Program-made: the position numbers and the translations under genes | The notes under the pieces: model-generated | What the model saw: the letters and a program-made list of their open reading frames with translations, nothing else | Told to the model about the DNA's origin: nothing | The model's database searches: none | NCBI GenBank assembly: GCA_009602735.1 | Contig: WELA01001056.1 | Location: 62,001 to 88,646, forward strand | Length of the DNA stretch: 26,646 nucleotides | Reading direction: 5' to 3' | Origin: Mesotaenium endlicherianum | Taxonomy: Eukaryota | In this document: positions 1-10,599 of the stretch, piece by piece | Layout of the letters: each line of letters starts with the position of its first letter | Numbering within the stretch: position 1 is the first letter of the stretch

Positions 1-597
1 ATCCCTCTCCCTCCTCCCCCCCTTCCCCCAGTGCCCCCTCATATCTTTCGCACTCTCCCCCGCTCTCTCCCCCCCTCTCTCATGCTCCTTCCCTCCGTAC
101 TTGCTGATCCATCCTCTCTCGTCTCGTCTGTGCATTTCTCTTCAACATTAGGGCATGTTGCGCGGTCGCTCTCCTGTGGTGTTCTGGAAGGACGTCCAGT
201 CCCAGAAACTTCCCTGGAGAAGTGTGCCAGCTGTTCTGGACGCCCACCATTCCGTCTGGTTGTGCTTGCCAATCTCAACCAATTGCTACTGAAGCGCCAA
301 AACCCTCTAACTGTGCTTCTGACAGACTATCGCATTGTCCTTGATACCACTCCGGGATGACACCCCAGGCTGTACACATGATAGATTCCTTGAATATTCT
401 AAGCTCTCTCTCCCACCCCACGCCACCCCGCCCACCCCTTCTTCTGCTGAGCCCACCCTGCAGCACCCACCCATCCCACTTGTTCTGCCTAGTCTGTCTT
501 TGTTGACTGAGCCCGCGGCTGCTCTGCTGTTCTTTTCTCTGCGCCTGCTCCGATGTGCTCTGCCCTTCTCTCCCCTTTCCCTCCCCTGGCTCCGCTC

Positions 598-622
598 CTG
601 CTGCTGCTGCTGCTGCTGCTGC
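598..622 (+). repeat. (CTG)n microsatellite abutting the SPP 3' splice site
   Basis: About 8 CTG units run straight into the CAG acceptor at 622-624. Confidence 0.9.
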
Positions 623-624
623 AG

Positions 625-3600
625 GGCATAGAGATGCTGTCGCTGGGCTCCTTCAAGATCGGCGCCATCCTCCTGGTAAGCCACATGCCCCTCTGCCATC
701 CTCTAGGCCTTTGCATGCATGCGTGTGTGCATTCGTGCGTAACCTTCGAGAAGTCTGATGTGAAGGTGTCTGGTGTGATTCTCACGTGCATTGCCAGCGG
801 GCAGCTGTCCCCCCTAGAGCATGTGTTTCTGTGTTGCGCTGTCACGCATTGTACCAATATACATGACTTTACCAGACTGCACACATACACACATACACAC
901 ATACACACACATCACGTGTTTCCCACCCTGGCAGCCTCCTACTCGAGCTCCCTGTGGACCGGTGGCTCCCATCCTCCCCTCCTCCCTCCGCTTCTCTTAG
1001 AAGCACGAACAGAATGGACGTCCGAAGAGGGATACATCCACTGGTAGCCGTCATTTGAGCTTAGGTGGCATCGCGAGGGCTTGCAAGCAAGGGTCTGCTG
1101 CGTTTGTACCCGCCGGCTGTAGTCCAGAGGAGGCAGCGAGTGCTGCTTGCTGCACGCAGGCCAGCTGCACGAGGACGAAGCGGTGAGAGGAGAAGAACCG
1201 GCGAGAAAGAGAGAGAGAGAGAGAACGAAAGCCTGTGTCTCTATGCACCTGGTCCTGTGGCCGAGCACATGCCAGCTGGAAGGGCCGCGGGGGAGGGAAG
1301 GGGGGGGGCTTGCAGGAGGGGATTGAGCGAGAGGAGGAGATTTGGGATGCTTCTCAAGGGGGATTGGGGTAGTCTACCACCGCCGCCTCGCGAGTCAGAG
1401 AGGGGGTTTCCTCTAGAGCCGGTTCAGGTCAAGACCGAGCAGAAGCGTGGGGAGCACCCGGGAGTGTGTGACGGGCTGCCCCCCCGCTCTTCCGACAGAT
1501 GGCGCCATTCTGAGGCGGTCTCGTCTTGTGTGCCCCCTCGCCTCTCCCTCTCCCCTCTCCTTGCCGCAGGGGGGCCTGTTCCTGTACGACATCTTCTGGG
1601 TGTTCTTCACGCCCGTCATGGTCAGCGTGGCCAAGTCTTTCGACGCCCCCATTAAGGTGGGCCCTCCCTTCCCCTCCCCCCCCTGCCTCCCGTCCCTCCA
1701 TCCTCTTCCTCGCCTCCCCTCTCCTTCCCTCCCTTCGCCTCGCCCGGCTCCCCTCTCCTCCTCCCTTCCTCCTAGACCCAGCAGGAATCTCGGTGCAGGC
1801 GCAGGCGCGGGCACAGCTCATTTGAGCGCGATCAAGACTCCATTTTCCTGCATCTCTGTGGACCCCGTCCTCGAACTCGGGAATGAATGTTGGTACGGCA
1901 GTCTCTCTTCTGCATTGACGCACAGTGGGGGTGCGTAGTTCGTCAGCGTTTGTTCTCTGTTGCACGGGAGGGGGGGCATTACTCTCCCTTCCCTTGTTGT
2001 AGATAGCCAGCTTCACAGTTGGGGATGCTTGAAGGAGCGGGCCAAAGCATTTACATCCCCCCCTCCCCCCCACCCTCGCACAGGCTTTTTTGCAGCCCCC
2101 CACCCTAAGGCACTCGGTTCAGTCTTTGGAGACAAACTATTCTTCTCTCAGCAAGTCTGGGGCTCTCTCTGCCGTTAGGGCTCTCTTGGGCTGTTGTTGT
2201 GGTGCTGAGGGTAGTCTCCTTTTCCCTTCCTCCTCCTCTCTGCGCAGCTGCTGTTCCCCACGGGCCAGGTGTCACGGCCCTACTCGCTGCTGGGTCTCGG
2301 CGACATCGTCATCCCAGGTACGTGCTGTGCCGACAATCCCTCTGCTGCCACCTGTCCTTGTGCATGAGCCCTTCGCTCCTTCGCCATTCACTTGCCTGCC
2401 CTCTCCCATCCTTCGTAACAACCAACAGTTGTTCCCGTTCTCACACGGACCCGCGAGGATAAGGGTAAGCCAGCAACGCTCCTCGCGAGAGAGCCAGAGG
2501 AGCTAGCACGCACCCCCCCCAGGCTTCCTCTATCTCTATCTCTATCTCTTTTAGGGTGCTTGACCTTCCTCGCTGCCCACGGGCTTGCAGTGCTGCATCG
2601 AGCTTGTTGCTTTTCGTGACCCTCCCTTTACAGGGCACTCGTACCCAGCTGTTGTCTGGTATGCACACGGCTGTCCAGGGACAAGGGCAGTGCTCGGCTT
2701 CTGCTGCGTACTTCTGCTGCTGCTCTCATCTGCATGCTTATCGATAGGGCAGCACCACCAGAGAGAGAGAGAGCGGCACTGAGTGCGTCTAGTGCAGCTG
2801 TCATGGGCCCACACACGTGAGGTCCTTTTCAGCCCAGCCGATCGGGTCGCAATGGCCGGCCCCCTCGACAGACAGGCTTGCGTCTCTTGCTCCCCGCTGA
2901 TGCCGCTGCCGCTGTTGCTGCTGCTGCTGCTGCCGCTGCCGCTGCCCTGCTGGCTCGCTGTGGCTGCTGGTACTGATGGGCATGACGGCACACGCGAGCT
3001 GGGCTCTTGGAGAGGCCAATGGTGGCCAATGGGGCCCCCTGCCCAGCCTGGCGCACTCGTGTGGACTCGTCGCCAGGTGTTGACCCGCCGGCAGCTAACG
3101 TGTGCGGTCCCGGGTCCCGATGCACCACCCGCAGGGATCTTCCTGGCGCTGGCGCTGCGCTACGACGTGTCGAAGAAGCACGGCGTGCGCTACTTCTACA
3201 GCACCTTTGCCGGATACTTTGCCGGCATCGTTGCCACCATCCTCGTCATGAACTACTTCCAAGCCGCCCAGGTGCTCTCTCCATCCCCCCCCCCCCCCGG
3301 GGGGGNNNNNNNNNNNNNNNNNNNNNNNNNNNNNCCCCCCCCCCCCGGGGGGGTCCCCCCACGCACCCCCTCACCGCCCTTCCCGGCGTAGCTGTCCCAA
3401 CTCCACCCTCCTCAGCTCCCTCCTTCCTGTCGACAGATCGCTCGGGTACTCTCGGATGGGGGGGGGGGGGCATCCCTGGACTAGAAGGTACGGCTCCGAG
3501 CGTCTTGAAATGAGCGGGGCTCCAGCGATCGATATCACCTCAGGTCTCGCCTCGGCAGACTGCAGCGAAGGACGAAGAGCTAGGCGGCCGTAGCGAGCTG

Positions 3601-5025
3601 CGGCGTCTGATCAGCACCTCCCTCGGACACTTTTTGAGCTTCAAACCCGAGGCCATAAACCGCGGACTAGAGCGGAGCAGGAGAGGCCTGCTTGCCTTGC
3701 TGCACTCTCTGCCCTTCCTTGCACGGCCAGGGCTCGCCTCGGGCCTCATGTGGCGCAGGCGCAGGGTGCAAGCTCACGCTCTCTGCTCTGTCGGGTGAGC
3801 GGTCGTGGGCTCCAAGGCCACGGATTGAGGTCCGGGGCTGAGAGGCCCAGCTCGAGTTCCGTGGGCAGGGTTTTTTGTGTGTTCCTTCTGCTGCTTTCAG
3901 CATCTGTCCTCGAGCCTCTCATACTCCCTCTGCTCAATTCATTTCAGTTCACGGACTTTCCTCCCCCTCTCCCACCCTCCTCTCTCTCCCCCCCTCCGGC
4001 CCCCTCGCCCCCCTCCTTTCATCAACCCTTTGAGAGAGTGCTGCCCTTTTGCGCTGACAATGTCCAGCCCTTCAACAATTGGTATTGAGCTTTTAGATGT
4101 CATTTTGGCACATAGAAGGGTCCTTAGTGAGTGAGGAACTTCCTTCAACGCAACACACACTTCACTCGATGATTGTCGCAATGCACCAGACATAGGTGGG
4201 GTGCAAGTCCGCCAGGGCCTGTTTTTGTACCTGAGTAAGAGCAGAGCTCTTTTGCAGTGGTACATGTGATGTCCCTGGTGCATTCTCTCCGATCACACAA
4301 ACACCCGTACTTCTATATCTCTGCGTGAGTGCATCTGTGTGCGTGTGTGTGTGCATATGAACTTTGAAATAGCACTTGATTCTTTGAGGAGTTTGTTGTG
4401 CGTGTGTCCTTCCTTGGCAGCCCGCGCTTCTGTATCTAGTGCCATGTGTCATTGGATTCCTTGGAGCCCACGCCCTTCTAAGGGGCGAGCTTGAGCCTGT
4501 AAGCATCCCTCCCTTCTTGACTGGGCTCCTTGTGTTGCTTCTCTGCGTGCTTGATACTTGGTTATGGTGCCCTAGTATTGAAAGGTGCTAGAGGTGGTGC
4601 TATGACTGTAGGAGCATTCTTCCACTGTATTGCGGGGAAGCTTATGTAAATGCAATGCCCTCTTGCTTTCTATGTGCAAGTAGGTTGTGCTCGGAAGTAT
4701 TTCCTGCGTACCGGTTGCAACTACTAATTGATGGCCTCTCTTCCTTGATTAACTTTTTCACTACGTGATGTTAGGCGGATTTGATGCTAGTTTCTGCGTA
4801 CGTTGCTATTTCGATTGGTTCGTGTGTGTTCATGTGCCGTCCCTCCTTCTTCAACATCTGACCTTGTGTCCGTGGCACCTTGTACAGCTTCTAGAATATG
4901 ATGAGTCAATACTGAGCTTAAAGGAGAAGAGTGATGAAGTTAATGGAGGGGTCATAACAGAAGGGAGCTCTAGTAAAATTGTGGAAGGGGGGTTGTCTAG
5001 TATAGAAAGCAAGAAGGAGAATTAG
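625..5025 (+). CDS. SPP: Signal peptide peptidase (GxGD aspartic intramembrane protease, peptidase A22B), 3' part; upstream exons lie outside the window
   Basis: Six GT-AG-bounded exons join in frame: 625-675 (GIEMLSLGSFKIGAILL), 1570-1656 (GGLFLYDIFWVFFTPVMVSVAKSFDAPIK, catalytic YD), 2248-2317 (LLFPTGQVSRPYSLLGLGDIVIP, catalytic GLGD), 3135-3271 (GIFLALALRYDVSK...MNYFQAAQ), 4421-4498 (PALLYLVPCVIGFLGAHALLRGELEP, PAL motif) and 4888-5025 (LLEYDES...SKKEN*). All phases are compatible. The C-terminal KKEN fits a KKxx ER-retrieval signal. Closely resembles plant SPP as recalled. Confidence 0.96.
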
Positions 5026-5665
5026 TCAAGGCATTATGTGGTACTTAGAGGCGGCTTTATATTCAGTTTCATGTACTTCATTCCGTGCAAATTCTTTGTG
5101 GTGCCGAAGTAGGACCCTCAATGATCTGCTTTCGTGTACGCTGCAAACTCATCTGCAGAAATCTGGGCCCTCTGGTAAATGAAAGCTCAAGTGGACCCAT
5201 TGAATGCTTTGTAGAATTTTGAGAAACATGATCTGAAAACCTATCATATCCTGTGTTCAAGTTTTTTCCCTCCAAACATGTGGTATGCATGTGCGCCCAT
5301 TCTCAATAACTCCCAGCAACTCATGTGGTGATAAAGTGCCTGTGCAAATTAATTGGACTGGCCTCGACTGTTGCCAACGTGCATCTACGTACTATCACCA
5401 TATGTCCTTTGTGAATTCCTCTACATACAGTTATGGAGTCGATTGAGTAGGAGTCTACAGGTTTGAGAGATACTAATACGATTCGTGATATTGGACATAG
5501 CTCAAGAAATGCACTTCTAAGGTAGATGGGAAGCTCCTAATTATTTCAGAGCTGCTCCATCTGTCATCATGTGTAATCAGGTGGCGCTTTATTGCCAACA
5601 CACTTGTTTTGCTCCAATTTTGGTTTTTCAAGGTGTTTATTAGCGTTGGCGGGCTGGTGTACACC

Positions 5666-6165
5666 TGTAGTGAAACAGATACATAAAGTACTTAGTAAAA
5701 CAGAATACTTTATCTATTCAAGACAAGGATCTTTGAACACAAGTGGTAGCTTCTTGAAAGAGAGATGGCTTCTTGAAAGTTATATTTCTGGATTTTGGCA
5801 AGTACAAGAGTGATTCTCCAATGTCTTTCTATGTTCTAGCTCTTGTTTATATACTTGCTACATAAGTAATTTCTAGGAAGGTGTATGTTGATGTGTTGGC
5901 ACCCAACACATCCCAAAACTTGCCACCTCTTTTTAGAATAATGTACACATGTCCTTTTGACCTAAAAATGGCACATCTGACTTTTGCCACATGGAGTTCT
6001 TCTAGGTCTTTCCTCTAACTTCGAAAATGCCTTGGAAGGTTTAAAGGACATGAACCAAGTTACTAGAGTACCTATTCACACTTGACTCCACACAATACCA
6101 CTCCAAATATATTTGAAAACATTAAAATATATGCAAACTAATATATAATAACTCAAATCACTACA
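5666..6165 (-). repeat. 3' LTR (500 bp)
   Basis: Direct repeat of 11839-12341 with 8-bp terminal inverted repeats. By-eye alignment gives about 10 substitutions and one 3-bp indel between the LTRs. Confidence 0.97.
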
Positions 6166-6180
6166 TCACCCCCCCGATAG
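6166..6180 (-). other. Polypurine tract region (plus-strand priming site)
   Basis: Minus strand reads CTATCGGGGGGGTGA immediately before the 3' LTR. Confidence 0.8.
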
Positions 6181-6202
6181 AAAAAGCGACGTCTCGGCGC
6201 GT

Positions 6203-6331
6203 CAAGTCAGGTCTTACACATGTGGAGCAAACTAGTCAACAGTTTCAAGTCAGATGCCACACATGTGAAGAGGACTAGTCAAAGGCGCCAAGTCAGGTGC
6301 TACACATGTAAGGTAGACTAGGCAAGGTCGT
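6203..6331. repeat. Three-copy degenerate tandem array with an exact 43-bp period in the retroelement 3' UTR
   Basis: Units start at 6203, 6246 and 6289; consensus CAAGTCAG-N5-ACACATGT-N7-ACTAG(T/G)CAA-N6. Confidence 0.9.
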
Positions 6332-6419
6332 AGGTGGTGTGACCTTATTGGCTAGCCTACTCCTTAATGATAAAGAAAATTGTACAAGTTGGCCCAGAAT
6401 CTGCCACGAACTCAAAAAT

Positions 6420-6854
6420 TCATAGCGGCCACAGAACTGCTCCAAATCTGAAAATTCGAGTGCCAGACGGACCGCGTCGGAGAACTCTACCGGGTCACCA
6501 AATTTGAGAGCATTCTCATTTCTGGAGTGTCGTTGAGAGCTGAGAGAGTAGGCACTCCTCCAAATCTGTGCAGAAACTTCTGAAAATCATAAGTCCTTCT
6601 ATACTTCTCCAAATTCTGCAAACTAAGTCTCAAACTGGGCGCTGTAAGATGTTCTACCAGAGTCTTGAGTTTCAGAGCATTCCAAGTTCAGGGGAGGGCA
6701 CAATGTCAGAAGGCATATTCTGCCCTAACAATGCCAGCAGCCTGACCCCCTTCTACTTAGAGCATCATATCTCTCTCACCAGTGCTCCAAATTGAGCAAA
6801 CTTGGACTCTAAATGACCGGCTACTCATGGACTACAGCCAGGTAAATTTTCAGA
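6420..6854. repeat. Three highly diverged, fixed-spacing repeat units in the retroelement 3' UTR
   Basis: TCATA-N15-CTCCAAAT-N39-CTAC-N9-RADTTTSAGA starts at 6420, 6587 and 6765 with identical spacer lengths in all three. Confidence 0.85.
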
Positions 6855-6934
6855 ATTTATTATGCAGAGACCTATTACCAGTAGCAGTTTTAGTTTTCTG
6901 TCCAGAAACTGCGAGAAGAGAAGAGTGTCTAATG

Positions 6935-9012
6935 TCAATTTTTCCTCTTTCTTGTTCTTGCAGGCTGCCTCCAAGGGGTCTTCTGCTGCTTCTTGATGGT
7001 GGCAGGCTGCCTCCCTGAAGTCTTCGGGCTTCTAGTAGAGAGACTTGGGGCTGGTCCAAGATGGGGGTTGGCGGCATGGAAGCGCTTCAACTTTCTCTGA
7101 ACTTTGTCAAGGTAGTGCGCCGCCACCCAACTATTCTCCGAATCTGGATATCCTTTCCACTTGATCAAGTATTGCTGCTGTCTCCTGAAATTTCTCATAG
7201 CCACTATGTCTTCCACTTCGTACTCCAAATGATCATCCACTATTGTTGGGGCTGGTGGGGTTGTCACACGTCCTGGGAACTTGTTGTCGGGTTGCACATA
7301 TGGCTTGAAGAGGGAAGCGTGGAATACGGGGTCGATGTGCATAGTCTGGGGAAGTTCTAGCTTGAAAGCAACGGGGTTGACTTGCTGGATAATCTTGAAG
7401 GGTCCCAAATACTTGGGAGAGAACTTGCTGCCGGCAGGCCTGTTGTTCAGGGAAATGTTCTTGGATGATAGTAACACGTTGTCACCCACTCTGTACGTAA
7501 TTTCTCTTCTGGATCTGTTCGCCACTCTTGCTTGAGCATCTTGCGCGTGTTGTAGAGCTTTCTTCGCTGCTGTAAGGGCTGCTTCTAATGTCTCCATAAA
7601 ATCTGTGGCTGCAGGTACTTCATCATGGCCAGCCGTGAAGCTCAGTGGCGTGGTCGGATGGAAGCCATAGTTGAGGAAGAATGGGGACTCTTGGGTAGAG
7701 GCCTGCGTAGTGTTGTTGTAGGCAAACTCGAGGGGGGTCAAGTACATGTCCCAGTCTTGCTCGAGGGTAGACACGTAGGCCTTTAGAGAGGTCTTTAGGG
7801 TACGATTCATACGCTCGGTTTGCCCATCTGATTGTGGGTGGTAGGCAGTAGACATATCCAGCGATGTACCCAAGTTCTTGAAGAGATTTTTCCAGAAATG
7901 GCTTGTGAATCTTGGATCTCTATCTGACACAATTCTTGATGGTAGTCCATGGAGTCGGAAGATGTTGTCAAAGATGAGTCTTGCAAGTTGTGGTGCTGTA
8001 GCCTTAGTCGTCGTGGGAATAAAATGAGCCATCTTGGTAAGTCTGTCCACCACCGTGAGTATTGCATTATGGCCTCGAGGTGTCACGGGCAAGTCCACGA
8101 TAAGGTCCATTGAGATGTCCGTCCATTGTCTTTCGGGGATTGGTAGTGGTTGGAGGAGTCCTCCCGCCTTTTGCGATGATGGCTTGATTCTTTGGCATGT
8201 GTCACAGCTCCTGCAGTACTCCTTGACTTGCTTAGACATGCCTGGCCAACAATAAGTCCTAGCTAGAACGCCCGTGGTCCTTAGGATTCCAAAGTGTCCT
8301 CCAAGAGGGTTGTCGTGTGCTTCTCGTAGAAGCAAGAGCCGGAGGTCTAAGTCATTAGGAACACATCTCTGGCCCGTATCTTGCCTCACCCAATAATTGC
8401 CTTCTTGCTTCTTGCATGGGTCCAAGGCTGCTTCTCCGTTCTTGTAGTAAGGGTCTCTTTCATAGGCGGCTGAAAATCGAGCTTCCAGATCTGTCTTCAG
8501 GGATACCATCACTGCATTTAATTGCAGTCTTGAGAGGGGGTCAGCCGGGTTTGTCTTGCCGGGCTGGTACTGAATCGTGATGTTGTATTGTTGCAAGTAT
8601 CCGCTCCATCTTGCTTGTCTCCTTGAGAGATACGGCTGCGTTTGGAGGTGCTTTAACGCCTCGTGGTCCGTGGTGACCAGTACTTTGCGTCCTTCAACGT
8701 AGCAGCGCCAAACCTTCAAGGCATGTACAATCGCCAATGCCTCTCGCTCCGTGGTTGTATAATTTTGCTCGGCTGGATTTAGCTTCCTTGACTCGTAGGC
8801 GATGGGCTGCAGTCCCTTGCCTTGGTCTTGAAGCAGGATTGCTCCTATTGCATAGGAAGATGCATCGGTGATGACGTGGAAGGGCCAATCTGGGTTTGGA
8901 CTTGGGAGAGTGAGCACCGGGGACGTGGTCAATCTTCGCTTTAACTCTTGAAATGCCTCTTCCTCTTTCTCGGTCCATGTATATAGCCTGTCCTTCTTGA
9001 GTAGATCTGTCA
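6935..9012 (-). CDS. pol: pol 3' part: RT connection/RNase H, integrase, chromodomain (ORF-track ORF 6935..9112; the pol-like reading begins near 9012)
   Basis: LTDLLKK..W, RNase H motifs TDAS/EREALA/TDH/ADPLSR, integrase HHCC (HDNPLGGH...CDTC), catalytic motifs SMD/SDRD/GQTER, GPF motif, and chromodomain YEVEDIV...YLIKWKGYPDSENSW. Confidence 0.95.
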
Positions 9013-10599
9013 GGGGGCTGCTATGTGCGAGAAGCTTTGGATGAATCTCCGGTACCAATTGGCAAATCCCAAGAATGACTGGAGTTCTTTCTTGGTCGTG
9101 GGGGTTGGCCATTCCTCCACCACCGTGGTCTTCTTGGGGTCCATCTTGATGCCATCAGCAGTCACGTGGAGACCTAGGAACTCCACTTCTTGTTTGGCAA
9201 ACTCGCACTTTGACTCCTTGGCAAATAGCTTGTTTTGCCACAATACTTCCAGGACTTCTTTCAAGTGCCTCGCATGCTCTTCAAGGCTCTTGCTGTAGAT
9301 AAGGATGTCATCGATGAATACCACCACAAATCTGTCCAACATGGGCTGAAATATGGTGTTCATCATAGTCATGAAAGTTGCTGGCGCGTTGGTGAGTCCA
9401 AATGGCAGGACCATGAACTCAAAATGTCCATATCTTGTCCTGAATGCCGTCTTCTCTATGTCCGGTTCTGCGATGCGAATCTGGTGGTAGCCGCTCCGTA
9501 AGTCAATCTTCGTGAAGTACTTGGCTCCAACCAGCCGGTCCATGAGCTCATCCATGCGCGGCAGCGGGTATCGATTCTTGATGGTGATCTTGTTGAGGGC
9601 GCGATAGTCCACACACATCCTCAAGGTACCATCTTTCTTCTTGACAAATAGCACCGGGGCTCCAAATGGCGACTTGCTAGGTCGAATGAAGCCATGCTCC
9701 AGTAGCTCCTTGATTTGCTTCTTGACTTCGTCTAGCTCCGTGTATGACATTTTGAACGTAGGCCGAGAGATGGGCTTGCTTCCGGGCTCCAACTCTATCT
9801 TGTGGTCTACGAATCTTTTGGGGGGTAGGCCCTTGGGCAATTCCGGGGAGAACACTTCTTTGTAGTCCTCTAAGACTTCTTGTATCTCCTTGGGAACGGG
9901 GCTGCCTTCTTGACTCTCGATGTCTTTCTTGATGTCTTTTGGCGTGATCAAGGCCAAAAGAAGCTCGTGTCCCTTCCTCACAAGTCTCTTGAGTTGGAGG
10001 GCGGACAATAGTATCTCGTGTGCCGGCTTCTGGATGTCTTGGGTCTGGATATTCTGGATTGCGCGCAAAATACAGATTCTTGAAGTGATGTCATTCTTGA
10101 TCTTGATAGTACCGGTCCTCCAATCAACTTGGGGGTTGTGCTTGGTCAACCAAGGCGTCCCTAGGATGACGTCGTACTTGCCCAATTGCATGGGGGAGAA
10201 CACTACTCTATCCTTGAAGGACTTGATAGAGAGTGCCAAGGGGTACGTCTTCTTGGAAGGGGTAGTATAGGAGAATCCATCGGGCATCATAATCTCCTCG
10301 TCGTGGTCAAGAGTTCGCATAGTAATACCGTGCTTGGTGGCAAAATCTGCAGCAATGAAGTTGCCTTGAGCTCCGCTATCCACCAAGATGTGGACCTTCT
10401 CTCCTCCAAGGTAACCTCTCAAACTCATTGGGGCTGGAACGTCGTCTTCAACGGGGGTCTCCACCTCACTTGGCGTGTTGCCTTCTCGTGAAGTGGGTCT
10501 TGGGGTGGTAGGCTCCTGGCCTACCGGCGCTGTCCGTTTTTTGACAACTTTTTGGGGCATGAAAGTGCACGATGGCCCTTTTCCTTGCAATAAAAGCAT
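9010..10599 (-). CDS. pol: pol 5' part: aspartic protease and reverse transcriptase, in the -1 frame relative to gag
   Basis: Protease motif ILVDSGA; RT motifs [40 protein letters not shown]. The frame stops at ...SHIAAP* where the protein should continue ...APLTDLL in the next frame. Confidence 0.95.
   Translation of the reverse strand: MLLLQGKGPSCTFMPQKVVKKRTAPVGQEPTTPRPTSREGNTPSEVETPVEDDVPAPMSLRGYLGGEKVHILVDSGAQGNFIAADFATKHGITMRTLDHDEEIMMPDGFSYTTPSKKTYPLALSIKSFKDRVVFSPMQLGKYDVILGTPWLTKHNPQVDWRTGTIKIKNDITSRICILRAIQNIQTQDIQKPAHEILLSALQLKRLVRKGHELLLALITPKDIKKDIESQEGSPVPKEIQEVLEDYKEVFSPELPKGLPPKRFVDHKIELEPGSKPISRPTFKMSYTELDEVKKQIKELLEHGFIRPSKSPFGAPVLFVKKKDGTLRMCVDYRALNKITIKNRYPLPRMDELMDRLVGAKYFTKIDLRSGYHQIRIAEPDIEKTAFRTRYGHFEFMVLPFGLTNAPATFMTMMNTIFQPMLDRFVVVFIDDILIYSKSLEEHARHLKEVLEVLWQNKLFAKESKCEFAKQEVEFLGLHVTADGIKMDPKKTTVVEEWPTPTTKKELQSFLGFANWYRRFIQSFSHIAAP
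10507..10542 (-). promoter_or_regulatory. Candidate programmed -1 ribosomal frameshift signal (slippery heptamer plus hairpin)
   Basis: A AAA AAC at 10542-10536 in the gag frame (TCA AAA AAC), a 10-nt spacer, then GGTAGGC-CAGGA-GCCTACC (7-bp stem, 10525-10507). Pol overlaps gag in the -1 frame. Confidence 0.8.

Noticed and set aside
3285..3360. C-run/G-run sequence repeated on both sides of an N gap
   Set aside because: Flanks the gap at 3306-3334 and is probably an assembly artefact.
31..4506. Many 60-220 aa ORFs on both strands in the SPP region
   Set aside because: GC-rich, low-complexity intron sequence with few stops; only the short SPP exon segments resemble a known protein.
6203..6331. 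CRISPR-like reading of the 43-bp array
   Set aside because: Eukaryotic retroelement context, variable parts only 5-7 nt, three units and no cas genes; kept as a tandem array.
6568..7018. Antisense ORFs (6568-6795, 6782-7018) as an extra or env-like retroelement gene
   Set aside because: Short, non-ATG starts, no recognisable motif, and they overlap the non-coding repeat units.
9013..9112. ATG at 9112 as the real start of a separate RNase H-integrase protein
   Set aside because: The first ~32 aa are off-frame RT sequence; pol similarity in this frame begins only at the frameshift near 9012.
9295..9325. FIDD instead of YxDD in the RT active site
   Set aside because: FIDDILIYS is common in plant Ty3/Gypsy RTs and does not imply inactivity.
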